38,826 nt of DNA from a virus: UHGV virus genome UHGV-0114133; one strand, written 5' to 3'. The position numbers were made by a program, and so were the translations under genes. The number at the start of each line of letters is the position of its first letter. Positions within the stretch are counted from its first letter, which is position 1. Below are positions 10,401-19,410 of the stretch, one piece after another. The notes below the pieces were generated by a model that saw only the letters and a program-made list of their open reading frames with translations, did not search any database and was not told the origin of the DNA.

Positions 10401-10966
10401 AAAAAGTAATCAAAGTTGCAGGTCTCGATCCATCTCTGTCAAATTTTGGCGTTGCCATCGGAGAAATAGAACTGGATTCAGGTGCATTGCAGGTCAATAA
10501 GTTGCATCTCATTGAGACGAAAGCTGGTGATACGAAAAAGCAAGTTCGCGTTAACAGTGACGATATGCGGCGGTTGAACGAGATTTGGCGTGGTATTAAG
10601 CCACTGATTGACCAAGTTCATTTAGTGTTCTGTGAACTGCCAGTAGGCAGTCAATCTGCTAGAGCGATGGTTTCTTATGGTGGTTGCCTTGGCGTACTGG
10701 CGTGTGTGGATAAGCCACTGATACAGGTCACGCCAAACGAGATTAAGTACTATGTCGGGAATAAGCTGACTACGTCGAAAGAAGAGATCATTCAGTGGGC
10801 TACGCAGAAGCAGCCAAACGCCCCGTGGTTGCGCCGGAAGCAATCGGGCAAAGAAGTGCTGGTGAATAAAAACGAGCACCTTGCGGACGCTGTCGCATCG
10901 ATTTACACCGGTATGCAGACTGATCAATTCCGTCAGGTTCGCGATGTTCTTGCTGGAATTTTATAA
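10397..10966 (+). CDS. RuvC-like Holliday junction resolvase
   Basis: N-terminal GLDPSLSNFGVA (RuvC GxDPG-like with catalytic Asp), acidic residue in CELP, C-terminal EHLADAVA (His/Asp); GTG start after GGAGG. Confidence 0.65.
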   Translation: MKKVIKVAGLDPSLSNFGVAIGEIELDSGALQVNKLHLIETKAGDTKKQVRVNSDDMRRLNEIWRGIKPLIDQVHLVFCELPVGSQSARAMVSYGGCLGVLACVDKPLIQVTPNEIKYYVGNKLTTSKEEIIQWATQKQPNAPWLRRKQSGKEVLVNKNEHLADAVASIYTGMQTDQFRQVRDVLAGIL

Positions 10967-10977
10967 GTTGATAATTG

Positions 10978-10997
10978 ATAGGTAAGTGCTTATCTAT
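10978..10997. promoter_or_regulatory. Palindromic operator-like site
   Basis: ataggtaagtgcttatctat immediately after the RuvC-like gene. Confidence 0.45.
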
Positions 10998-11004
10998 TAC
11001 CATG

Positions 11005-11034
11005 AGACCACTATATATAGTGGTCTTTTTAATT
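11005..11034 (+). terminator. Rho-independent terminator
   Basis: Hairpin AGACCACTATATATAGTGGTCT followed by TTTTTAATT. Confidence 0.6.
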
Positions 11035-11231
11035 GGGCTACACATAATAAGCATCGTAAAACGTAACGCCCACCGAGCCGCTGCCAGCTGCATGAAGCGC
11101 TGACAAAGTTCGCTGTCGATTGCACTGGCCCGAGCCAGTTCGAATACCTCTAAGCCGAGTTTAACCACTTTGTGGCCTGGCGCTGCTGGGTCAAAATTGG
11201 CGTATCAAAAGAAGTCTAAAGGAAAGAAAAC

Positions 11232-12110
11232 ATGAAATTTACGAAACTGACCGATCATCTGAAACTTGCCGCAGACAAACTCGTGGGGTTTAAACCAGAG
11301 CCTTACGAGTTGAATCCCGGTTTCGGCAAGACAACGGAAAGCATCTACCTGATGGTTGACCAGTTCCACACACTGTTTCAGCACCCACGCCGTGCCATTC
11401 CAGATCCGGCATTACTGCGTCTGCGTGCCAAGCTGATCCACGAAGAAGCAGTTACCGAGGGCATCCCGGCAGCCAAAAATGGGGATATGACGGCACTGCT
11501 GGACGCGATGGCTGACTTCCTTTACGTGGGCGTCGGCACAATGGTGGCCATCAAAGGCGGCATCTCGACGGGCATGAGTTACTACACCCAAGAGCAGAGT
11601 GTTGATCGCTTCATCCACACCATCATGGTTCCGGGCAACACGGTCTTTGACGATATGGCTATCCCGTTTGAAGAAGCAAAAGAAGCTGCATTAATGCTGA
11701 ATGCGCTGGCTGACAAACTTGAAGCGAAGCCGATAAGCGATTCCGAATTGGTGCAGGAGCTGCGCCGCGTGATGAACAAAATCTACGTTGCCTGCATGAT
11801 GACCTACCGTCTGGCTGATTTTCTCGGAATCGATATTGTTGAGCTGGTGGCAGAAATCCACCGTTCCAACATGACCAAGCTGTGGCCGGCTGACGCCGAA
11901 GAGCGTCGTGTGGCGGTAGAGAATTGCAAATATGACAAGGAAGACCTGGGCTTCCGCCATGCTGAAGGGACTGACATGATGATCGGTTTCAGGGTTTCTG
12001 ATGGCAAGATCCTCAAATCTCCCACCTACAGCGATGTGGATCTGACTTGCTTTGTTGAGAAGGCGAAGTCCTCATCTCTTTACGAGATGGTAAAAAATAA
12101 TTGTAAGTGA
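11232..12110 (+). CDS. putative MazG-like nucleoside triphosphate pyrophosphohydrolase
   Basis: Two helical segments with E-x-x-E / acidic-Leu-x-D patterns (EEAVTEG...TALLDAMADFLYV; ELVQELRRVMNKIY...LADFLGID) resembling tandem MazG repeats; assignment by eye only. Confidence 0.45.
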   Translation: MKFTKLTDHLKLAADKLVGFKPEPYELNPGFGKTTESIYLMVDQFHTLFQHPRRAIPDPALLRLRAKLIHEEAVTEGIPAAKNGDMTALLDAMADFLYVGVGTMVAIKGGISTGMSYYTQEQSVDRFIHTIMVPGNTVFDDMAIPFEEAKEAALMLNALADKLEAKPISDSELVQELRRVMNKIYVACMMTYRLADFLGIDIVELVAEIHRSNMTKLWPADAEERRVAVENCKYDKEDLGFRHAEGTDMMIGFRVSDGKILKSPTYSDVDLTCFVEKAKSSSLYEMVKNNCK

Positions 12111-12173
12111 GTACTTATCATTATATATTGCCTTGGCGTGTTTTATTGTCCAAGTTCTTAATTGCTCATTGCA

Positions 12174-12203
12174 ATGGTGGTCGAAGAGCCACCATTTTTT
12201 TTA
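12174..12203 (+). terminator. Rho-independent terminator
   Basis: Hairpin ATGGTGGTCGAAGAGCCACCAT followed by TTTTTTTT. Confidence 0.65.
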
Positions 12204-12253
12204 CTCCCCTCCTAGCCTTACACACTTCTGACAGATAAACTTGTATAAAATAA

Positions 12254-12273
12254 TAGGTATGTACTTACTTATC
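12254..12273. promoter_or_regulatory. Palindromic operator-like site
   Basis: ataggtatgtacttacttat just upstream of the thyA-like start. Confidence 0.45.
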
Positions 12274-12277
12274 TTGT

Positions 12278-13393
12278 GTGAGGTTGATTTTGTCTATCCT
12301 ACTGAATCGAGACTTTACGAACGGTCAGTTTGCCAGTGGTTCGTATGCCAAAGTGGTTGAAACGGTGCTCAACACTGGCGTTCACGCGGGTGATCGCACC
12401 GGAACCGGCACAAAAAGTGTTTCATATGTCCCTTCCTACTACATGCTGACGGGCGGATCTGTTCCACTTATCTCCGGAAAAGCCGTCAATCTGAAGCCGT
12501 TACTGGTTGAGCTGGAGTGGTATCTCAAAGGAACAGGCAACATCCAGTTCCTGAAAGACAATGGCGTCAAAATCTGGGATGCCTGGGCCGATGAAAATGG
12601 CGATTTAGGCCCGGTCTATGGCAAGCAATGGCGTCGGTGGGAAGACACTCGCATCGTGAGCCATAGCGAGTATCTGCGCAAAATCGACACGTTCCGTGAG
12701 CGCGGGTACAAGGTCGAGGGGTATCTGGGCGTAAGTGAAGATCGCGTTGTGTTGTCCCGTGAAATTGACCAGCTACAGCGTATCGTTGACACGCTTCGCA
12801 CCAACCCTACCGATCGTCGCATCCTGCTGAATGCCTGGAATGTTGGCGAACTGGAAGATATGAAGCTGCCGCCATGCCATTTCGTGTTTTCACTGTGGAG
12901 TCGCGAGCTGGACTTTGAGACCCGACTGACTATGGCCACCGACATTGGCATACAGCACAACCGCCACGGCCACGAGTCCATTTACACCCAGATGCTGTGT
13001 CTTCTGGAAAGAGATGGCGGCATTACTGAGAACATGCTGGACGAGCTGGGTATCCCGAAACGCATTCTGAACTCATGCCTGGTTCAACGCAGTGTCGATA
13101 CCTTTGTTGGTATGCCGTTCAACATCGCCGGTTACGGCATTCTCACCCACTTCCTCGCGAAGATCACCGGCCACATGGCTGGCGCATTCGTGCATTTTGG
13201 CTTTGACGTTCATCTCTACGACAACCACATGGAAGGCGTTGAGGAACTGATGAAGCGCGAGCCGCCCAAAGAGTCCGACCCGGTTGTCATCTTCCCGCAT
13301 GAATGGGCCGAACTGGACGACTTCAAATGGGAAGGTGTGCAGGTGTGCGGCTACAGCCCTCTTCCGTGGATCAAGGTTCCAGTGGCGGTGTGA
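12278..13393 (+). CDS. thyA: Thymidylate synthase (ThyA family) with N-terminal and internal insertions
   Basis: DRTGTGT, WADENGDLGPVYGKQWRRW, RRILLNAWNVGELEDMKLPPCH (catalytic Cys), GMPFNIAGYGILTH, HLYDNH; start uncertain (GTG 12278 or TTG 12290). Confidence 0.8.
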   Translation: MRLILSILLNRDFTNGQFASGSYAKVVETVLNTGVHAGDRTGTGTKSVSYVPSYYMLTGGSVPLISGKAVNLKPLLVELEWYLKGTGNIQFLKDNGVKIWDAWADENGDLGPVYGKQWRRWEDTRIVSHSEYLRKIDTFRERGYKVEGYLGVSEDRVVLSREIDQLQRIVDTLRTNPTDRRILLNAWNVGELEDMKLPPCHFVFSLWSRELDFETRLTMATDIGIQHNRHGHESIYTQMLCLLERDGGITENMLDELGIPKRILNSCLVQRSVDTFVGMPFNIAGYGILTHFLAKITGHMAGAFVHFGFDVHLYDNHMEGVEELMKREPPKESDPVVIFPHEWAELDDFKWEGVQVCGYSPLPWIKVPVAV

Positions 13394-13394
13394 T

Positions 13395-13808
13395 ATGGCC
13401 AGAGGGATGTATGTGTTGTGTGAAATTGAAGGTGTGCTGGCGAGAGCCAGCCATCGCAAAGCAGTGCCTGATGCGGATGCAGGCGCTCTCATTGCCGGTG
13501 ATGAACTCATCTTTCCCACCAGCCGCATGTTGCGTGGTTTTGCTCGCTCCGGTGCTGAAGTGGTGCTTATCAGTAGTCGTCCGGAAGCGCTCGAAGGCCC
13601 AACCAAGCGCTGGCTGAAGGACTTCGGCATTGATTATGACTGGCTCCACCTGGTTCCGCGCGGTGTCAGTTTTGAAACCCATATCAAGCGCACGCTGGCA
13701 GAGCACAAAGGCGACTTACTTATCGCCGCACTGGTTCATGATCCGCGTCTGCGTTCTGCGCTGGCAGATTCTCACCAGCGACCAACCATCTATGAGGTAA
13801 GCCAATGA
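13395..13808 (+). CDS. hypothetical protein (137 aa)
   Basis: ATG overlaps thyA stop (TGATATG); no recognised motif. Confidence 0.55.
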   Translation: MARGMYVLCEIEGVLARASHRKAVPDADAGALIAGDELIFPTSRMLRGFARSGAEVVLISSRPEALEGPTKRWLKDFGIDYDWLHLVPRGVSFETHIKRTLAEHKGDLLIAALVHDPRLRSALADSHQRPTIYEVSQ

Positions 13809-14281
13809 AGATGATTGCAGCTGTCGGCCGCAACTATGAAATCGGCATTGGCAACGAACTTCCCTGGCGTTGCCCGACCGATCTGAAACTGTTCAAACAA
13901 CTCACCAAAAACGCCACTGTCGTGATGGGACGTAAGACGATGGAAAGTCTCAAACGCCCGCTGCCAGAGCGCCATAACCTCGTTTTGACGCGCTCTCGTG
14001 GCTATATCCCCAATGGTTTCTACCCCGCTGGCATCGATGACGTTTTAAAACTACCAGATCCGGTCTGGGTGATTGGTGGCGGGCAGATTTACTCGCTCTT
14101 TATGCCACACGTTGAAGAGATCTGGCTGTCGCATATTGGCGTGGATGTGTCGGGCGCGGATGCGTTCTTCCCGGCGCCAATGATGCGTTCTTTAGGGTTC
14201 GTACCAGTCGAAACGGCTTATACCCAACGTGCAAATGAGGATGAGCCTGGCTTTTTGCAGATCGTATACAGAAGGTCGTAA
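13805..14281 (+). CDS. Dihydrofolate reductase
   Basis: DHFR-like pattern: IAAVGRN..IG..LPW, VVMGRKTMESL, VWVIGGGQIY; start overlaps upstream stop. Confidence 0.8.
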   Translation: MKMIAAVGRNYEIGIGNELPWRCPTDLKLFKQLTKNATVVMGRKTMESLKRPLPERHNLVLTRSRGYIPNGFYPAGIDDVLKLPDPVWVIGGGQIYSLFMPHVEEIWLSHIGVDVSGADAFFPAPMMRSLGFVPVETAYTQRANEDEPGFLQIVYRRS

Positions 14282-14925
14282 TGGATTACCGGATTGGAAT
14301 CACTGGCGCACAGGGCAGTGGGAAAACAACCCTGGCAAGGTACATCGATGCGCACTATGGCATTCCGTATGTGGATGCTGGTGTTGGCAAGCTGATGAGC
14401 AGTCTGGGGGTGAAGGTTGGCGAGCGTTTGCCCCTTTACGAGCGTCTTCAGGTTCAGATGGAGATTGCCAGACACATCGAGATGATCACCCGCGGCGTTG
14501 AAGGTTTTGTTATCGATCGGACGCCCGCCGATGTCATGGCTTATACGCTTGATTTGGTCGCCCAGACCAACGAAGACCGTTGCATCGAGCTGGCTCTCGA
14601 CATTGAGCAGTTTTGTCATAAAGCGGCCATTTCCAACTTCAATGCTATAGCGGGTCTTCGCCCGGGCGTTGAGCTTTCCAGCAAAGATCTCGCGCGTCCC
14701 CAGCGAGGATCGCTTGACCGTCTCTATGTTGCTCGCATCGATGCACTTATGTGTGGCGAGCTGACGAAAATTAGCGCCCTTCCCCATACCGGCGATTTGC
14801 AGGTTTTCATTATCTCTGAAAAGTGCCGCACGGTTGAGGCGCGAGCCAGATCGGTATTGCGTGTGCTGGAAAGAGCCACTGAAAACATCGAGAGCCGTAT
14901 AACAGGACGAGTGACCTTCCACTGA
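14281..14925 (+). CDS. P-loop NTPase, putative (deoxy)nucleotide kinase
   Basis: Walker A GAQGSGKTT at N-terminus, VIDRTPADV Walker-B-like; embedded in nucleotide-metabolism operon. Confidence 0.6.
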   Translation: MDYRIGITGAQGSGKTTLARYIDAHYGIPYVDAGVGKLMSSLGVKVGERLPLYERLQVQMEIARHIEMITRGVEGFVIDRTPADVMAYTLDLVAQTNEDRCIELALDIEQFCHKAAISNFNAIAGLRPGVELSSKDLARPQRGSLDRLYVARIDALMCGELTKISALPHTGDLQVFIISEKCRTVEARARSVLRVLERATENIESRITGRVTFH

Positions 14926-14988
14926 ATGTTGTTCCCCTGTTGGGCAGTGTGACAATAAGACACGCGAAATGAATTGAGGAAAAACAGA

Positions 14989-15408
14989 ATGATAGATGAA
15001 CTTCCCCTGTCGGATGAATTAGATCGCAAAGCGATTGAAGCACTGATCCGTATTGCTGACGAACAATCCCGTTCCTTAATGAATGAACGTGAAGCACGTC
15101 TGGCTATCCGAGCAGTGTTTGAGTCCGTTCAAGGTCTTGTTGGGGAAGAGGTTGGTGAAGCCATTAATGCGGCGATGTCGCAATTCAATGGCGGCACCAA
15201 GCGCTCTCTGTTTCCTATGCATCTCAAACTCTCGGGCGGTACGGTTTTGTATGTGTCCGTTTGCCTGGAGACTAACCAAATCCAGCTCCTCAACACGTCA
15301 ACGGGCGAATGGCGTGAGCCGGTCGTCTGCGAAAGCGGCGAGGACGCACTAAAAAAGGCTGCTCAGTTTGTGCGTGGCGCACTGCTGAAAGGCGCGAAGA
15401 AGCTGTAA
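14989..15408 (+). CDS. hypothetical protein (139 aa)
   Basis: GAGGA RBS 8 nt before ATG at 14989; track start 14974 is TTG. Confidence 0.55.
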   Translation: MIDELPLSDELDRKAIEALIRIADEQSRSLMNEREARLAIRAVFESVQGLVGEEVGEAINAAMSQFNGGTKRSLFPMHLKLSGGTVLYVSVCLETNQIQLLNTSTGEWREPVVCESGEDALKKAAQFVRGALLKGAKKL

Positions 15409-15417
15409 GGAGTACCA

Positions 15418-15978
15418 ATGACCACGATTGTCGGTGGCGTCGATATTGAGTCCACGGGGCTGGACTTCACATCCGGCCACAAAATTATCGAAATCGCGAT
15501 ATCTCGTTATGAAATGGAAACCCAGAAGCGCATTGACAGCCTTGAGATGCGCTTCAACCCGCGTCGTAGCATCGATCCGAAGGCGCAGGCTGTACATGGT
15601 ATCTCTCTGGAAGAACTGGCTGCTGAACCGCTGTTGGCTGATCACGCAGGTAAGATTGCTGCATATATGGGGGCATGTAGCGCGTTAGTCGCCCATAACG
15701 GGGAGGCTTTTGACCTTCCGTTCATTCGCCACGAGTTCGGAAGCTATGGAGTAAAATTGCCAGAAATCCCTCTGGTTGACACTCTATTTTCCCTGTGGGC
15801 TACCGAGGATGGGAAGCGCCCACGCCTGGAAGAGCTGGCATTCTCACTTGGGTTCACTTACGACCGTGAGAAAGCCCACAGTGCTCTCTACGATACTGAT
15901 CTGATGATGCAGTGTTTCTTCAAAGCCCGAGAGAAATACGGCTTCTTCAAACTTCCTTTCGAAAGGACCGAACGTTAG
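15418..15978 (+). CDS. DnaQ-like 3'-5' exonuclease (DEDDh family)
   Basis: Exo I VDIESTGLD, Exo II VAHNGEAFDLPF, Exo III HSALYDTD. Confidence 0.8.
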   Translation: MTTIVGGVDIESTGLDFTSGHKIIEIAISRYEMETQKRIDSLEMRFNPRRSIDPKAQAVHGISLEELAAEPLLADHAGKIAAYMGACSALVAHNGEAFDLPFIRHEFGSYGVKLPEIPLVDTLFSLWATEDGKRPRLEELAFSLGFTYDREKAHSALYDTDLMMQCFFKAREKYGFFKLPFERTER

Positions 15979-15980
15979 AG

Positions 15981-17003
15981 CTATCGGATGTTGAAGATCG
16001 TCCAGCGTGCCATAAGGTAGTCAGGATTTATCGGGCGAACCGGTTGAGAGATGGGGATAGCGTGGTATTTTTCCAAATCAGGGTCGTCGATCAACACCAT
16101 CGGGTTAAAGTAGATCATCATTGTCGACGGCTCTATTGCGCATAAACCGGCATCAAATAAACGGTGAATGTCTACTCGCAACCATAGCCCATTTGTATAA
16201 TGGTCTACGCCTCCTGCTTTGTGCTCAACGATATGGGCAGCCTCACAGCGCACTCTGGTTTTGACACCAGTAACAACGCAGGTATAGCGGCAGTTTACCC
16301 CCACGGAGTCTGCGAATTTAGCCTGATCTGGGCGACTGGTAATCGTTACTTTTTCACCTACTCTTTTCGACGGAAGTGGTTGGGGTATAAATTCAACTTT
16401 CTTAGTCTCTATTGGTAGTTGGGTAACAATAAGAGGAGTTTCAGGAGACCCAATTAATTTAATCTCTGCTTTTACTATGGGGTTTTCAATTTTGAATTCA
16501 GCTAGGAATTCATTAACAATGCCTTGAGCACTGGTGTTCAGATACTGACCAGTGCGGTGAAACCATAATTGGAAATCACGACGTTTAGAAAAGTCGATGC
16601 AGTTCTCTACTATTTCAGGTAAGTTTTCCATCCTGATTTTTTCAAGAGCTTTACGTTTCTCATCTTGTTCTTTTCGCGCTGCGCGATCCTTTGCTTCCAG
16701 CTCCCGCTTTTCTAAAACGTACTCAATTCTTCGCTTACGTAGGTCATCCCGAACGGAAGAACTGCGCATCGTCTTTTTGAAGCTAATATTTTGTTTCTGA
16801 TGGTTGATAATACCGGTTGGTGTGATGTTGGCAAGGTGCTCTTTCGAGTTCTTTATAGAAGCGACGATTTCAGCCTTTGACTGCCCATCGGCTACTTTCT
16901 TTTTTATCGTTTTTAATAATATTTGGTAATAGGGTCTGGATGGCTTGATATTCAAATCTAATGCTAGAGTATTTACATAAAGTTTCCGCTTATCACTGTT
17001 CAC
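15981..17003 (-). CDS. HNH endonuclease with lysine-rich N-terminal domain
   Basis: C-terminal CEAAHIVEH...GLWLRVDIHRLFD HNH-like core; GTG start. Confidence 0.65.
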   Translation of the reverse strand: MNSDKRKLYVNTLALDLNIKPSRPYYQILLKTIKKKVADGQSKAEIVASIKNSKEHLANITPTGIINHQKQNISFKKTMRSSSVRDDLRKRRIEYVLEKRELEAKDRAARKEQDEKRKALEKIRMENLPEIVENCIDFSKRRDFQLWFHRTGQYLNTSAQGIVNEFLAEFKIENPIVKAEIKLIGSPETPLIVTQLPIETKKVEFIPQPLPSKRVGEKVTITSRPDQAKFADSVGVNCRYTCVVTGVKTRVRCEAAHIVEHKAGGVDHYTNGLWLRVDIHRLFDAGLCAIEPSTMMIYFNPMVLIDDPDLEKYHAIPISQPVRPINPDYLMARWTIFNIR

Positions 17004-17338
17004 TATTATGCCCTATTCATTAATGAATTATTATCAATGCACATTATCAGGCAGAAAAATTCGCAAGGCAAGTGAAAGCTAATTAACCGCTTAGTGATGC
17101 TTTATGTGTAGGACACGTTTTAAGTGTTTGCCTATGATGTGGTGGTGGTGTGTATTTTATCTAGACGTGAACTTTTGTATTCAATTTTAAGACGAGTTAA
17201 CTCCTTTGAACAAGATAGTTGAGTTGCCTTGAGTTTATTTTGCTGCCTGTGAATATGACTTTTCCGCCTGATAGGTTTTGCCAGAATACGCTCAACCAAA
17301 ACGCGGAAATGCACCAACGAAAACATAAGGAGTTAAAA

Positions 17339-18211
17339 ATGAGCGCAGTTTCAAACATTGTTAAAAACGATGACCTGGATGAATTGACTGCAATGCTGCA
17401 ATCTCTCGAAGAACCGGTTCAGAAAGCTGCGAAAATGAGCGGTGTCGACGAGATCGACGATCTTCTTTCTGGTCTGGATGATGCAATCGCAAAACCAGTC
17501 GAGGCGGTAGCAGATGAAGTCATGAATGTCAGCTCTACCGGCGATCTGAGTGGCGTTCTGGAAGAGCTTGAGATTGCACACGAATCGGTGAAGGTCGAGG
17601 AGCCAGAGCGTGGCCCTATTGCGGAGATAGTGGACGAGCCAACACCTGAACTTGATGCTCGAAGCGCTGAGACCACCGATATAGCTCCAACGCTTTTACC
17701 TTCAGTGGAGTCTGGGCCTAAACCTGAAGAAGAGCAGCCAAAACACCAGAAGGCACAATCAAAGCGTGCGCCGACCAAACCTCGCTTCACGCTGGAGGGT
17801 AAGGATGAATCGTTCTATGTGACAGCCGGTCTGGATAGTGAGCGCTTTACTGCCGCATTTGAAGGCGCGCCGGTCAAAGCGAAAGACAAAATCTTAAACC
17901 TCCTGAACTGGTTTAGTGGTGGCCCGGAAATCAGCGTCTACACGGTAATCGCAATGCGCCATATTCTTGATACGAACACGGCGACCAGCAATAGCATTAA
18001 ACTGGCGCTAATGAGCTACCCGGAGAAACCATATCCACTTAACACGGCTTCGACTCAGGCTGGCCAGATGATGGCTGTGTTTCCGGCCACAGGCATTGCC
18101 ACCAGAGAAGGTGGAAATCTAACGCTTAATAAAGAGTCGCCGATCGTCAAAAAATTCATAGCGGAGTATTCCATTGAACAATGTTCCTCTGCACGATCTA
18201 AAGCACCCTGA
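17339..18211 (+). CDS. hypothetical protein with highly acidic N-terminal half (290 aa)
   Basis: AAGGAG RBS before ATG 17339; Asp/Glu-rich N-terminal region followed by a globular-looking C-terminus. Confidence 0.6.
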   Translation: MSAVSNIVKNDDLDELTAMLQSLEEPVQKAAKMSGVDEIDDLLSGLDDAIAKPVEAVADEVMNVSSTGDLSGVLEELEIAHESVKVEEPERGPIAEIVDEPTPELDARSAETTDIAPTLLPSVESGPKPEEEQPKHQKAQSKRAPTKPRFTLEGKDESFYVTAGLDSERFTAAFEGAPVKAKDKILNLLNWFSGGPEISVYTVIAMRHILDTNTATSNSIKLALMSYPEKPYPLNTASTQAGQMMAVFPATGIATREGGNLTLNKESPIVKKFIAEYSIEQCSSARSKAP

Positions 18212-18258
18212 GAGCTTTAGGACGCTGGGTAAGCTCATTGCATACCCAGCATCGATAA

Positions 18259-18310
18259 AACGCGCCAGAGAGCTTCCCGTTTGCGAATCTGGCGCGTTCT
18301 TCTTTGTTTG
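18259..18310 (+). terminator. Rho-independent terminator
   Basis: Stem AACGCGCCAGA / TCTGGCGCGTT followed by a T-rich tract. Confidence 0.55.
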
Positions 18311-18334
18311 CTATCCGTTGGATTAAATGAAAAA

Positions 18335-18354
18335 ATAGGTAAGTATTTACCTAT
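18335..18354. promoter_or_regulatory. Palindromic operator-like site
   Basis: ataggtaagtatttacctat, 13 nt upstream of dam. Confidence 0.5.
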
Positions 18355-18366
18355 CAGAGTAAAGTA

Positions 18367-18960
18367 ATGATCGCAGCCGAAAAAATCAAAAAGCGAGAGC
18401 GTGATGCCTCTCTTCGCGACCTTTGGCGCACACCGCAGTGGTTGTTTGTCGCCATCCAACGTTACATAGGCGTAAAGTTCGATGTGGACGTCGCCTGCAA
18501 CAAAGATAATGCTCTCCTGCCGAACTTTATCGGTGTTGAGCGTGATGCGCTCAAGTGCAGTTGGGGAGAACCTGGCACTGTGGCGTTCCTTAACCCGCCC
18601 TACTCCAAAATCACCCCCTGGATAGATGCAGCCATTCGCGAGCAGGCGCGTGGAGTGACGACGGTCATGCTGATACCACAATCCCTCGATACGCAGTGGT
18701 ACGAGCGTGCGGCTGAATGCGCCAACGAAACCGTCATCTTGTCTGGCGGCCGCGTGGCGTTCGTTGAGCCGGATGTTGAACTTGGGCTGGTGGAGGTGAA
18801 CATCAACCCTGGTGGCAGCATGTTGCTTATCTTCCGTGGCTACTGTCAGGAAGCTGGGCACACCATCAGCAAGATACCGCTGGCGGTGATGAAAAAGCTG
18901 GGTGGTTATGACCCTGCCAATGTTGTCAGGAAGAAGAGACCACGTAAAAAGGCAGCGTAA
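18367..18960 (+). CDS. dam: Phage-type DNA N6-adenine methyltransferase (Dam family)
   Basis: DLWRTPQWLF N-terminal motif, NPPYS catalytic motif; GATC cluster at the replication origin suggests the target. Confidence 0.8.
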   Translation: MIAAEKIKKRERDASLRDLWRTPQWLFVAIQRYIGVKFDVDVACNKDNALLPNFIGVERDALKCSWGEPGTVAFLNPPYSKITPWIDAAIREQARGVTTVMLIPQSLDTQWYERAAECANETVILSGGRVAFVEPDVELGLVEVNINPGGSMLLIFRGYCQEAGHTISKIPLAVMKKLGGYDPANVVRKKRPRKKAA

Positions 18961-19162
18961 ACACCAGTCTGGGAGTTAGTTTGAGAACCTGCTTCCGTAT
19001 ATATAAATAACTAAGTACTAATTATTAATATATACAGATGCAGGCTTTTTAAGACGTGATTTCCAAACAACTCCCAGACCGTTTTACACCTCCAGAACCC
19101 ACTGGAGTCCCTCTCCAGACGCTCTAGAATCGATTTTATGAACCACAGTAAGGAAAACTATC

Positions 19163-19393
19163 ATGGTATACCCGACGAACGTCGTAGCGCTCGTTGAGAG
19201 CGATTTTCTGGCCACAGTGCGCGACATGATGAAAGATCGCGATAAGGCTTTCAGTCTCTACGAATGGTCGCTCAAATGTCTTCATTCAGGCGAGCACAAA
19301 GAGCTGGTGGAGCAGCTGTTAGGGGAACTCATCAATGAGGTGTTTGCCCTGAACGTCCAGCTTCATGGGCGAGAAATTAATCAATCAATATAA
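19163..19393 (+). CDS. hypothetical protein (76 aa)
   Basis: AAGGA RBS before ATG. Confidence 0.5.
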   Translation: MVYPTNVVALVESDFLATVRDMMKDRDKAFSLYEWSLKCLHSGEHKELVEQLLGELINEVFALNVQLHGREINQSI

Positions 19394-19410
19394 TAGGTAA
19401 GTACTTACCA
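19393..19410. promoter_or_regulatory. Palindromic operator-like site (near-perfect)
   Basis: ataggtaagtacttacca at the stop of the 19163 gene. Confidence 0.5.

Noticed and set aside
14218-14955. 245-aa minus-strand ORF
   Set aside because: Antisense to the P-loop kinase gene, which carries a clear Walker A motif and is operon-coupled.
18235-18861. 208-aa minus-strand ORF
   Set aside because: Antisense to the dam gene, which has the clear NPPYS motif.
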